DNA from: Erysipelotrichaceae bacterium
Lineage (GTDB): Bacteria; Bacillota_I; Bacilli_A; RFN20; CAG-631
NCBI GenBank assembly: GCA_022767485.1
Contig: JALEMY010000023.1
Span: 1-47,192, forward strand
Length of the DNA stretch: 47,192 nucleotides
Direction of reading: 5' to 3'
Part shown: positions 39,625 through 47,192 of the stretch, piece after piece
Layout of the letters: each line of letters begins with the position of its first letter
How positions within the stretch are numbered: position 1 is the first letter of the stretch
Notes under the pieces: generated by a model
Database searches by the model: none
The model's input: the letters and a program-made list of their open reading frames with translations, nothing else
Told to the model about the DNA's origin: nothing
Made by a program: the position numbers and the translations under genes

Positions 39625-40773
39625 ATGGAACTAAAAAAATTATTTACTTCAGAATCAGTATCTGAAGGGCATCCTGATAAATTATGCGATGCTATTTCTG
39701 ATGCTATTTTAGATGAATGTTTAAAGCAAGATAAATCAAGCCGTGTTGCTTGTGAATGTTATGCGACAACAAACCATATTATCATCGGTGGTGAAATTAC
39801 AACTAAAGCCAAAGTTGATTATCGTAAAGTTGCCCGTGATGTCATTAAAGAAATCGGATATGATAATGTGCGTTATGGCCTTGATTATAAAACTTGCAAA
39901 ATCGATGTTTATGTTAAGACACAATCTTTAGACATCGCTTTAGGTGTAAATAAGCAAGGAGCTGGCGATCAAGGAATGATGTTTGGCTATGCAACAAATG
40001 AGACAAAAGGCTATATGCCACTTCCAATAGTGATCGCTCATAAACTTGTGCGAATTGCCACACAAAAAAGAAAAGAAGGCAGTTTTAAATGGGCTCGTCC
40101 TGATATGAAATCTCAAGTTACAATCGATTATACAAATCCAAACAAGCCAAAAATTCAATCGATATTAATGTCTGTTCAACACGATCCATCATTTAAAAAG
40201 CGCGAATTTAAAAACTACATCTATAATGAAATAATGATTCCTGTTGTAAAATCATTTAATATGAACACAAACTTTAAACATTATATTAATCCGACAGGAA
40301 AATTTGTAATTGGTGGTCCTAAAGGTGATGTTGGTTTAACTGGAAGAAAAATTATTGTTGATACTTATGGTGGTTCATCTCGTCATGGTGGTGGCGCTTT
40401 TTCTGGAAAAGATTGTACAAAAGTTGATAGAAGCGGTGCTTATATGGCTAGATATATTGCTAAAAATGTGGTGGCAGCTGGTTTAGCTAGTCGTTGTGAA
40501 GTACAACTTGCCTATATTATTGGTAAAGCAGATCCTGCTTCAGTAATGGTTGATACCTTCAACACTAATAAAATACCTGAAAAATTAATTCTTGAAGCAA
40601 TACTTGAAAACTTTAAATTGCAACCTGCTGAAATTATCTCTCATTTAAATTTAACTGATCCGCAATTTAAAGCGTTAGCATCATATGGACATTTTGGTAG
40701 AAATGATATCCATGTAAGATGGGAAGATTTAGATAAGGTTGAAGATTTAAAAAAATATTTATCAAAAGCATAA
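39625..40773 (+). CDS. metK: S-adenosylmethionine synthetase
   Basis: FTSESVSEGHPDK, GAGDQG, GLTGRKII, GGGAFSGKD, YGHFGR; ATG 39625 behind AAGGAG. Confidence 0.98.
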   Translation: MELKKLFTSESVSEGHPDKLCDAISDAILDECLKQDKSSRVACECYATTNHIIIGGEITTKAKVDYRKVARDVIKEIGYDNVRYGLDYKTCKIDVYVKTQSLDIALGVNKQGAGDQGMMFGYATNETKGYMPLPIVIAHKLVRIATQKRKEGSFKWARPDMKSQVTIDYTNPNKPKIQSILMSVQHDPSFKKREFKNYIYNEIMIPVVKSFNMNTNFKHYINPTGKFVIGGPKGDVGLTGRKIIVDTYGGSSRHGGGAFSGKDCTKVDRSGAYMARYIAKNVVAAGLASRCEVQLAYIIGKADPASVMVDTFNTNKIPEKLILEAILENFKLQPAEIISHLNLTDPQFKALASYGHFGRNDIHVRWEDLDKVEDLKKYLSKA

Positions 40774-40778
40774 AAAAA

Positions 40779-40811
40779 TAAAGATTGTCAAACTAATGGC
40801 AATCTTTTTTT
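40779..40811. terminator. Terminator between convergent metK and HD-GYP genes
   Basis: AAAGATTGTCA/TGGCAATCTTT stem plus a T-run. Confidence 0.7.
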
Positions 40812-42102
40812 ACTTTCTATTTTCAATGCAAAATTTATAAATATCATCTTTTTTTGCTAAAAACAAATCGACTAAATCAGGATCAAAATCACTATTTTTA
40901 CCATCTTGAATTATTTTAAAACATTCATCTAAAGGCAAAGCATCTCTATAACATCTTTTCGAACTTATCGCATCAAATACATCAGCTATTGCCATAATAC
41001 GAGCATGAAGAGGAATCTTTTCTTCTTTTAATCCTTCAGGATAACCATTACCATTATATTTTTCATGATGGTATCTAGCACAATCATAAGCTACATTTAA
41101 AAAATCTTGATCATCGATATTAGAAAATGTTTCCTTAATTATTCTACTACCTTCAATAGTATGTTTTTTAATTATTTCATATTCTTCTTTTGTAAGTTTA
41201 CCATTTTTTTGTAAAACGCTATCAGGAGTGGCAATTTTTCCAATATCGTGCATTGGTGAGGCATCGATAATATTCTTGCAATAATCATATGTCATAATAT
41301 TTTTATACTTAGCATCTTTTTTCATACTATTTACGATAATAGACACATAGTATTTTGTTCTTTTAACGTGTCCGCCTGTACTATTGTCTCTACTTTCAAT
41401 TAATGTCGAAAAGTCTGAAACCATTTCTTGATTATACATTTCAAGTCTTCTAATAAAAGGATCTTCTAAAGAAATATACATACCTATTAAAGAAATTGTT
41501 GGGAAAAAGGCAGAAATCAATGCTTCTTTATTAATCGCCTGCACGATTAATAAAGAAAAAGAAAAAATCAAAGATATCAATATAGTATTAACTTTTCTTT
41601 TAGCTAAATGTTTGTACTTTAAAATCATTAAAGCAAAGATAATACCATAGTGAATAAGTAATGAGGTGTAACATGTTATCACAGAAATACCCATGGAGTA
41701 ATTTGTATAATTTCCTTCATAAAACTTTAAATCTTTTATCGTTAAACAAATAATAAATATCGAAATTATAGTAGGCAAAGAAAGCAAAAACAATTTCGAC
41801 TTTTTCTTACTCATTCCGATAGTTTTATCGATCATATATAAGTATAAAAAGTATATTACTAAATCCATTGAAATAAAAAATAACCAATGAAAAACTAAAT
41901 TCCACTCATGAGCTATTTGCTCTAATTTGTTAACTGTAATTGCTGTAAGTCCATCAAAGAAAATCGCAATAGGCGCTATAGCCATAAGAGCATCATAAAA
42001 TTTGTTACATGATATCTTTTTATTAAGTGTTGCTTTTATATAAGTGATATTTAAAAAAACAACTAATAAAAAACAAAAAATTTGAAGTTTTGCATATTGC
42101 AT
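40810..42102 (-). CDS. HD-GYP cyclic-dinucleotide phosphodiesterase with N-terminal multi-TM domain
   Basis: About 7 TM helices; TGGHVKR, MHDIGK, HHEKYNGNGYP, IADVFDA..SKRCY. Confidence 0.92.
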   Translation of the reverse strand: MQYAKLQIFCFLLVVFLNITYIKATLNKKISCNKFYDALMAIAPIAIFFDGLTAITVNKLEQIAHEWNLVFHWLFFISMDLVIYFLYLYMIDKTIGMSKKKSKLFLLSLPTIISIFIICLTIKDLKFYEGNYTNYSMGISVITCYTSLLIHYGIIFALMILKYKHLAKRKVNTILISLIFSFSLLIVQAINKEALISAFFPTISLIGMYISLEDPFIRRLEMYNQEMVSDFSTLIESRDNSTGGHVKRTKYYVSIIVNSMKKDAKYKNIMTYDYCKNIIDASPMHDIGKIATPDSVLQKNGKLTKEEYEIIKKHTIEGSRIIKETFSNIDDQDFLNVAYDCARYHHEKYNGNGYPEGLKEEKIPLHARIMAIADVFDAISSKRCYRDALPLDECFKIIQDGKNSDFDPDLVDLFLAKKDDIYKFCIENRK

Positions 42103-42122
42103 TATATCACTTCCTAACGAAA

Positions 42123-42896
42123 CTATACTTTTTTCATAGTCCTTGCACTACTAAAAGTGACAAATTTTCTAGGTGAAAGCTTAGCTGCAAAAATTGTTAA
42201 GCGATTTTTAAAACCAACGATTGCTAATGATTTTCCTTTCTTTGACTTTTCATAGCCAAATTTAGCCACTTTATCACTACTAACAGGTTTAATTTTACTA
42301 AATGTGTAATCGTTATGAGCTTTTTTAACAAATTGTGACATAAATGGCCCTGGACATAATGTCAATAGCTTAACATTGCTTTTTCTAAGTTCATAAGAAA
42401 TTGCTTCCCCTAATAGTAAAACGTATCCTTTAGTGGCATGATAAGTACACATATAAGGACCAGGTAAAAATCCTGCAATAGATGCAACATTGATAATATG
42501 TCCTTCATCCTTATCAACCATTTTATCTAAAAATACTCTTGTAAAATATAGCAAAGCATTGCAATTTAAATTAGTCATAGCAATCTGCTTAAAAACATTC
42601 ATTTTTAAAAAATCTTCTTGTTCGCCAAAACCTGCACAATTAACTAGATTATTAACAAAAAATTGTTTGTCTAATGTATATTGATAAACTTTTTTTAATT
42701 CATTAACATCTGTTAAATCAGCTACTAAAGTTTCGATAATAATATTTTGATTAATCGTTTCTAATTCTTTCTTTACTCTTAATAAATTGCTTTCATCAAT
42801 ATCAACTAACAAGAGATTTTCTCCATCTTTAGCATATAATTTTGCAAATGATTCTCCAAGGCCATTTGCAGCGCCAGTAATTAATGTTATGTTCAT
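42123..42896 (-). CDS. Short-chain dehydrogenase/reductase
   Basis: TGAANGLG, NCAG, YHATK catalytic motif. Confidence 0.92.
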   Translation of the reverse strand: MNITLITGAANGLGESFAKLYAKDGENLLLVDIDESNLLRVKKELETINQNIIIETLVADLTDVNELKKVYQYTLDKQFFVNNLVNCAGFGEQEDFLKMNVFKQIAMTNLNCNALLYFTRVFLDKMVDKDEGHIINVASIAGFLPGPYMCTYHATKGYVLLLGEAISYELRKSNVKLLTLCPGPFMSQFVKKAHNDYTFSKIKPVSSDKVAKFGYEKSKKGKSLAIVGFKNRLTIFAAKLSPRKFVTFSSARTMKKV

Positions 42897-42958
42897 AATT
42901 TTTCTCTCCTATAATGCATTATAGCAAAAACAAAATGATAAACACAATTTTTAATATC

Positions 42959-42992
42959 AAAAAAAATGCTGTAAAATCTAAAGTTTTACAGC
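42959..42992 (-). terminator. Intrinsic terminator after the GtrA-family gene
   Basis: GCTGTAAAA/TTTTACAGC stem with a T-run on -. Confidence 0.7.
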
Positions 42993-43005
42993 TAATAATC
43001 GCTTA

Positions 43006-43467
43006 TTATTTTTTATCGTTAAATACCAAAAACTTTCTTCCAAGATAGTTGATGATTAATACGATTAGTGTCATTAAACATTTAAAAAATAATTTATAAA
43101 AATCAAAGCGAACAATAAAAGTTAAATATAGTTTATCGAAAGTAACAGACGCAAGAAACATTCCAAGTTCCGTAACTAAAAGTCCAAATAGACAAATTAA
43201 TAAATAAATAATAAATTGTTTATTTGTTGTCTTTTTTTCATAATGATAAACAAACCTTGCAGAAAAAAGCCAATTTATAATTAATCCTGCTATAAAACCT
43301 AGCGCTGTTGATATTGTTAAATTAAGATGTGAATTTATTTCTTTTAATGCGAACAAATTGAAAAAATAAAAGACTAAATAATCAACAATTGTTGCAAAAC
43401 CACCAATAAGAAGAAACCTTAATATTTCATAAAATATTTGTTTTTTACTTTGTTTATGTTCTGTCAT
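43006..43467 (-). CDS. GtrA-family membrane protein
   Basis: RFLLIGGFATIVDY...NY..RKFLVF; four TM helices. Confidence 0.9.
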   Translation of the reverse strand: MTEHKQSKKQIFYEILRFLLIGGFATIVDYLVFYFFNLFALKEINSHLNLTISTALGFIAGLIINWLFSARFVYHYEKKTTNKQFIIYLLICLFGLLVTELGMFLASVTFDKLYLTFIVRFDFYKLFFKCLMTLIVLIINYLGRKFLVFNDKK

Positions 43468-43502
43468 ATTTTTTAATAAAAAAGGACTTTTTCTCGTCCT
43501 TT

Positions 43503-44402
43503 TTACGCATTTCCTTTTTCGCTTGAAGCGTTTTGTTGAAGAGGATTTTCTTGCATATATTTAGCAACGCCACTATATGTTTCTCTCCAAATTGGTTCAT
43601 ACATTCTAATCGCACTAACACATTCACCAGCTGCTTTTTCAATAACTTCTTTAGCCATTTTTTGTGTTTCTTCAGCAGTTAATTTCTTACCTGTTTTTTC
43701 TTCATTATCTTTAAATAATGTTCCATCAAGTGCTTTAAATGCTAGCATAGAATCATCAAACATCTGTTTAATATCAACTTTATCTCCAGTATATCTTTGT
43801 CTATTAAAGTTAAATGCACCAACTAATCTTTTTAATAGATTTAAATTGTAATTAACTTCATATGATGGTTTATTACCACTTGCTTGAAGTGCTTTTTTAT
43901 ATTCTCCATCATTTTTAATAACTTCATTAAAGAATAACCAGTTAGCAATAACACGATAATAATCAAAAGATGAAATGATACATCTTTCAACTGGTTGAGC
44001 AATGATATTATCAGGATTCTTTTTATATTCTGTATAAAAAGCTTTTAAAATATCTTCGACAACTTGATAATTCTTAATTGTTTCTTCAACAAAATCAACT
44101 AGTTTTTCAACTTCAACTTTTCTTGTGTCGAAGTGAACATAGTTTTCTTCTTCATAAATATTATTGAAATAGTTAACTAATTGTGAATATACTTTTTTAA
44201 CTTCATCGTTTGGATGGTTACTAAGCCATTTTTCTACGAAGTTGCCTTCAGCTAACATATTTTTAGCCATTGAAGCTCTTTTTTCAAATGTTTCTTGAGA
44301 TACGTTAATTTGTGCATGGCAATACTCAAATGAATCTCTTAACAAATATGATAAATGTAATAATTCAATTAAAGTATAATTGTTCAATTTGTAATCAGCC
44401 AT
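43503..44402 (-). CDS. Hypothetical soluble alpha-helical protein
   Basis: 299-aa ORF with AGGAGG RBS; no motif recognised. Confidence 0.8.
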   Translation of the reverse strand: MADYKLNNYTLIELLHLSYLLRDSFEYCHAQINVSQETFEKRASMAKNMLAEGNFVEKWLSNHPNDEVKKVYSQLVNYFNNIYEEENYVHFDTRKVEVEKLVDFVEETIKNYQVVEDILKAFYTEYKKNPDNIIAQPVERCIISSFDYYRVIANWLFFNEVIKNDGEYKKALQASGNKPSYEVNYNLNLLKRLVGAFNFNRQRYTGDKVDIKQMFDDSMLAFKALDGTLFKDNEEKTGKKLTAEETQKMAKEVIEKAAGECVSAIRMYEPIWRETYSGVAKYMQENPLQQNASSEKGNA

Positions 44403-44537
44403 AAATAATAATTCCTCCTAAACTTATTAAAGTTTCTTATATTATACCACCATTTTTCACTTTATGAAAGATTTTTATCATGTGAATCTATCTTTTTATT
44501 GAATGATTTTATCATCTTTTTAAATCGATCATAAAGA

Positions 44538-45212
44538 CTATTTCTTTAATGTTCTTAATAGCTTTTTATCTTCATTATTAATTCGATAACTTTCAATTGC
44601 TTTTTGTATGGTTTTATTATGAATCCATTTATCTAATTTATTATCTAATAAATATGAAATTGTATCATCATAGTGTTTGGCAAGAGAAGTTGCATAAAAC
44701 CATGCTATCATCATTTTTACATAATAGTCATCACTTTTTATAGTTAATGGAATATCTAAGTATTCTTTTTTATAATCATCATCTAAGAAAAAAGTCATTA
44801 ACATTGAAATAGCAAATCTTATAGTGTATGTGTGATTCGATTTAATCCATAATAAGATATGCTTCATTAAATCATCTTTATTTTTCTTAAAAACTTTGGG
44901 TTTTATTGTATCGCATACTGCCCAATTATCAATATATGGTAAAAATTCCTGTACTTTTTCAATACATGATTGATAATCTTTGATATTTGAAAGTAAAACA
45001 CTATGAAGCATATTTTCATCAAAATAAAAATGCGGTAAATCATGCAAAAAATCATTTATTTCTTGCATAGAAAGTGTTTTTGCAAGTTGTTTTAATAATG
45101 GCGCTCTTACGCCAATAAATCTATCTTTAAAAATCGATGGCGTAAGAGCACTTATAAACATCGCATATTTATCATCTTTTAATTCTAATAAATAATCAAC
45201 TATATTATTCAT
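44538..45212 (-). CDS. DNA alkylation repair protein (AlkD-like HEAT-repeat glycosylase)
   Basis: GVRAP.L, LPH.Y.DE, IDNWAVCD, YYVKMMIAWF.A, NK.IQKAIESYR. Confidence 0.9.
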   Translation of the reverse strand: MNNIVDYLLELKDDKYAMFISALTPSIFKDRFIGVRAPLLKQLAKTLSMQEINDFLHDLPHFYFDENMLHSVLLSNIKDYQSCIEKVQEFLPYIDNWAVCDTIKPKVFKKNKDDLMKHILLWIKSNHTYTIRFAISMLMTFFLDDDYKKEYLDIPLTIKSDDYYVKMMIAWFYATSLAKHYDDTISYLLDNKLDKWIHNKTIQKAIESYRINNEDKKLLRTLKK

Positions 45213-45215
45213 ATA

Positions 45216-45327
45216 TTATTCTCCAATAGCAATATAATTACCTTTATAATATGCATCATGTTTAAAATAAAACAAAAGAAAAAACAAATAAAAATGCAAA
45301 GCGTAAAAGATTATTACATTTACTCAT
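45216..45327 (-). pseudogene. Possible internally deleted gene remnant (signal-peptide stub)
   Basis: GGAGG RBS plus MSKCNNLLRFAFLFVFSFVLF*; a shifted frame continues FKHDAYYKGNYIAIGE* to just before the alkD-like gene. Confidence 0.4.
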
Positions 45328-45416
45328 TATCTTTTCCTCCTAGCAGACTATAAATAATTATAATTAATTAATTTGCTTTTTTAAAGCCTAAAAATAACTT
45401 TATAATTAGCTCTTTC

Positions 45417-45443
45417 TTTACAGCTTCTTTACAATTATTTACT
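45417..45443 (+). promoter_or_regulatory. Candidate Pho boxes (PhoP-type direct repeats)
   Basis: TTTACA-N5-TTTACA-N4-TTTACT upstream of the pstS stub, matching TT(A/T/C)ACA repeats at about 11-bp phasing. Confidence 0.6.
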
Positions 45444-45506
45444 ACACTATGGTGTTTTATTTTTTTATATTTTCTTAAAATAATGCTGTAAATAAAGGAG
45501 AAAAAA

Positions 45507-45737
45507 ATGAAAACAAAACAATTAACAATACTTACAATGTCATGTTCTTTACTTTTGATGTCTTGTAATGAAGCATCATTCGATACAAATGCAAACATTA
45601 CATGTTACACAAGAGATACTACAAGTGGTACAAGAGATGGATTTTTCACTAAAATAGGACTTGAAGAAGCAAAAGATAAAAACGAACCATTAGTTAGCAG
45701 AATCGTTGAAGCAAGTTCAAACGATGATATACTTTAA
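45507..45737 (+). pseudogene. pstS: 5' fragment of phosphate-binding lipoprotein PstS
   Basis: Lipobox LLMSC, then ITCYTRDTTSGTRDGF, a PstS-type motif; stops after 76 aa. Confidence 0.75.
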
Positions 45738-45784
45738 AATATTCGAGCACATTCATGAAAACAAGGAAAATAGAGGAAAGTATC

Positions 45785-45849
45785 TTCGTAATTTATTTTC
45801 GTAATTTATTTATTATTTTCGTAATTTTATATTATTTTCGTAATTTATT
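45785..45849 (+). repeat. Four direct repeats of TTCGTAATTT(ATT)
   Basis: Copies start at 45785, 45798, 45818 and 45837. Confidence 0.9.
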
Positions 45850-45900
45850 GATGTTTGATAATTTTGTAGTGTAATAATAGTAGAAAAGGATTTGAATAAT

Positions 45901-46686
45901 ATGCAAACTAAAGAGTTAATTGATTTAATAGATAATATTGTTTCTTTACATTGAGTTTAAAAAAGCTAAAGAGGCGTTCCTGAAAATTTGTATGATACTT
46001 TTTCTAGTTTTTCTAACACATCAGGAGGTATTATAATTTTCGGTGTGGATGAAAAAAACAATTATGACATATGTGGGATTACTAATCCTGATATTTTCCA
46101 AAAGAAAATAACTGAACAATCATTAATGATGGAGCCTAAAATTAGACCAATAATTACAATTTGTGAATACGATGGAAAAATTATTGCTTCTGCTGAAATA
46201 CCAGAATTAGATGTTTTTAATAAACCGTGTTATTATTCTGGAAAAGGTAAAATGAAAGGTTCATATATTCGAGTCGGGGACGCGGATTTACCAATGACAG
46301 ATTATGAAATATATAGTTTTGATGCTTTTAAGTATAAAACAGAAGATGAATTGCGTAGTAAGGAAAGAATTGATAAAGATATATTTAACGAAATATCTAT
46401 AAATGCCTTTTTGGATAAAATTATATCAGTAAAACCCAATTTAATTAATTTGGATAGAGACACTATATTAAAAATGAATGGAATAATTGACAAAAATAAT
46501 TACCCAACAGTTTGTGGTATACTAAATTTTGGTAAATTCCCACAAATATTCTCTCCTAATTTAGATATTGTAGCCGTAAGATGTTCAACTAATGATTATG
46601 GTATTGAAGATCAAAATGGAATAAGATTCTTAGATAATAAAAGGTTAGATGGCACAATAAGCGAAATGCTAAAAACAATCCTATAA
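45901..46686 (+). pseudogene. Decayed AlbA_2/Schlafen-domain protein (ATP-binding regulator family)
   Basis: RBS plus ATG 45901 (MQTKELIDLI), IEFKKA in a second frame, then VPENLYDTFSSFSNTSGGIIIFGVDE...YIRVGDAD in a third frame; C-terminal half missing. Confidence 0.8.
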
Positions 46687-46808
46687 AAGGTACAGGCCTT
46701 GGTTTATCAATCGTTAAGCACATTTGTAATCGTTATCATTTTAATATTTATGTTTCCAGTATATTAAATTACGAAACTACTTTTAAAATTGAATTTTATT
46801 CTAATTAA
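46671..46808 (+). pseudogene. 3' fragment of a sensor histidine kinase (PhoR-like HATPase end; not in ORF track)
   Basis: Manual translation KNNPIKGTGLGLSIVKHICNRYHFNIYVSSILNYETTFKIEFYSN*, a G2 box plus terminal strands, with no start codon. Confidence 0.8.
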
Positions 46809-46845
46809 TATTTATTTGTGATAAAATACTATTGGAGGACATTTT

Positions 46846-47192
46846 ATGAATCAAAATTTCTTAAGTGAAGAAAATTATCAGAGAATTAACAAAAAAATTA
46901 AAATTGCAGGAATACTTATTATCATATTAGGATTAACTTTATTACTTTGTGGTATTTTTGTGGTGAAAGTTCCTGAAATGGACTCATTTGCCGATGATTG
47001 GTTTGAAAAACAAACATTAAAAACATTTCTTATTTTTATAGGAATATTTTTAATGATTGCAGGATTAATTGTTCGCTTTGTTATTCCAAATCAAAGGAAA
47101 ATTGCTGCATATAATATGCAAAGTCAAATGCCAATTGCTAAAGAAGGGTTAGAAGAAATGTCTCCAACAATTAGCAAAGTCGCTAAAGACAT
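46846..47192 (+). CDS. Hypothetical membrane protein (two TM helices), runs off the window
   Basis: GGAGG RBS; MNQNFLSEENYQRINKKIKIAGILIIILG...QMPIAKEGLEEMSP, open to the window end. Confidence 0.8.
   Translation, partial: MNQNFLSEENYQRINKKIKIAGILIIILGLTLLLCGIFVVKVPEMDSFADDWFEKQTLKTFLIFIGIFLMIAGLIVRFVIPNQRKIAAYNMQSQMPIAKEGLEEMSPTISKVAKD

Noticed and set aside
45785-45849. Repeat array as a mini-CRISPR
   Set aside because: Repeats are only 10-13 bp with 3-10 bp AT-only gaps, there are no unique spacers, and no cas genes are present.
875-46493. Short antisense or alternate-frame ORFs in the track (e.g. 875, 1297, 6613, 11786, 14727, 23867, 35768, 39736, 45368, 46302)
   Set aside because: They are shadows of well-supported genes or promoter DNA, with no RBS or recognisable motifs.
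46766-46776. Inverted copy of the TTCGTAATTT motif (AAATTACGAAA) as a terminal inverted repeat of a mobile element
   Set aside because: It lies inside the kinase remnant's coding frame (LNYET), there is no transposase or target duplication, and chance is plausible in AT-rich DNA.

Overview
AT-rich chromosomal segment from a genome-reduced, low-GC Firmicute (Bacilli-like; inference: an uncultured gut lineage such as RFN20/RF39 or Erysipelotrichales relatives). TGA behaves as a stop (ATGA-coupled gene junctions), so the code is standard bacterial. Most of the window is housekeeping: gmk-priA-rsmB-(rlmN), rqcH, mscL, mutS-mutL-miaA, tsaE-tsaB-rimI-tsaD, a glpK plus three-subunit glycerol-3-phosphate dehydrogenase operon, tRNA-Ser(CGA), ackA-nrnA-rimO and metK. 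Less ordinary elements: (1) a small sporulation locus, largely missed by the ORF track, with two YjcZ-family microproteins and a CotD-like gene, plus candidate sigK, sigE and Spo0A sites; (2) a divergent SAM-I riboswitch with a readable terminator/antiterminator before metK; (3) two giant tandem PrsA-like lipoproteins; (4) an HU protein with an altered arm and a second HU-like module; (5) a c-di-GMP set (hybrid kinase, REC-GGDEF-EAL-REC-GGDEF, membrane HD-GYP); (6) an orphan PemK/MazF-like gene and an orphan Rpn C-terminus-like small gene; (7) a collapsed pst/pho operon (Pho boxes, pstS 5' stub, phoR-like 3' stub) with a decayed AlbA_2/Schlafen gene and a 4-copy repeat between the stubs. All family calls come from motif recognition by eye; no database searches were run.
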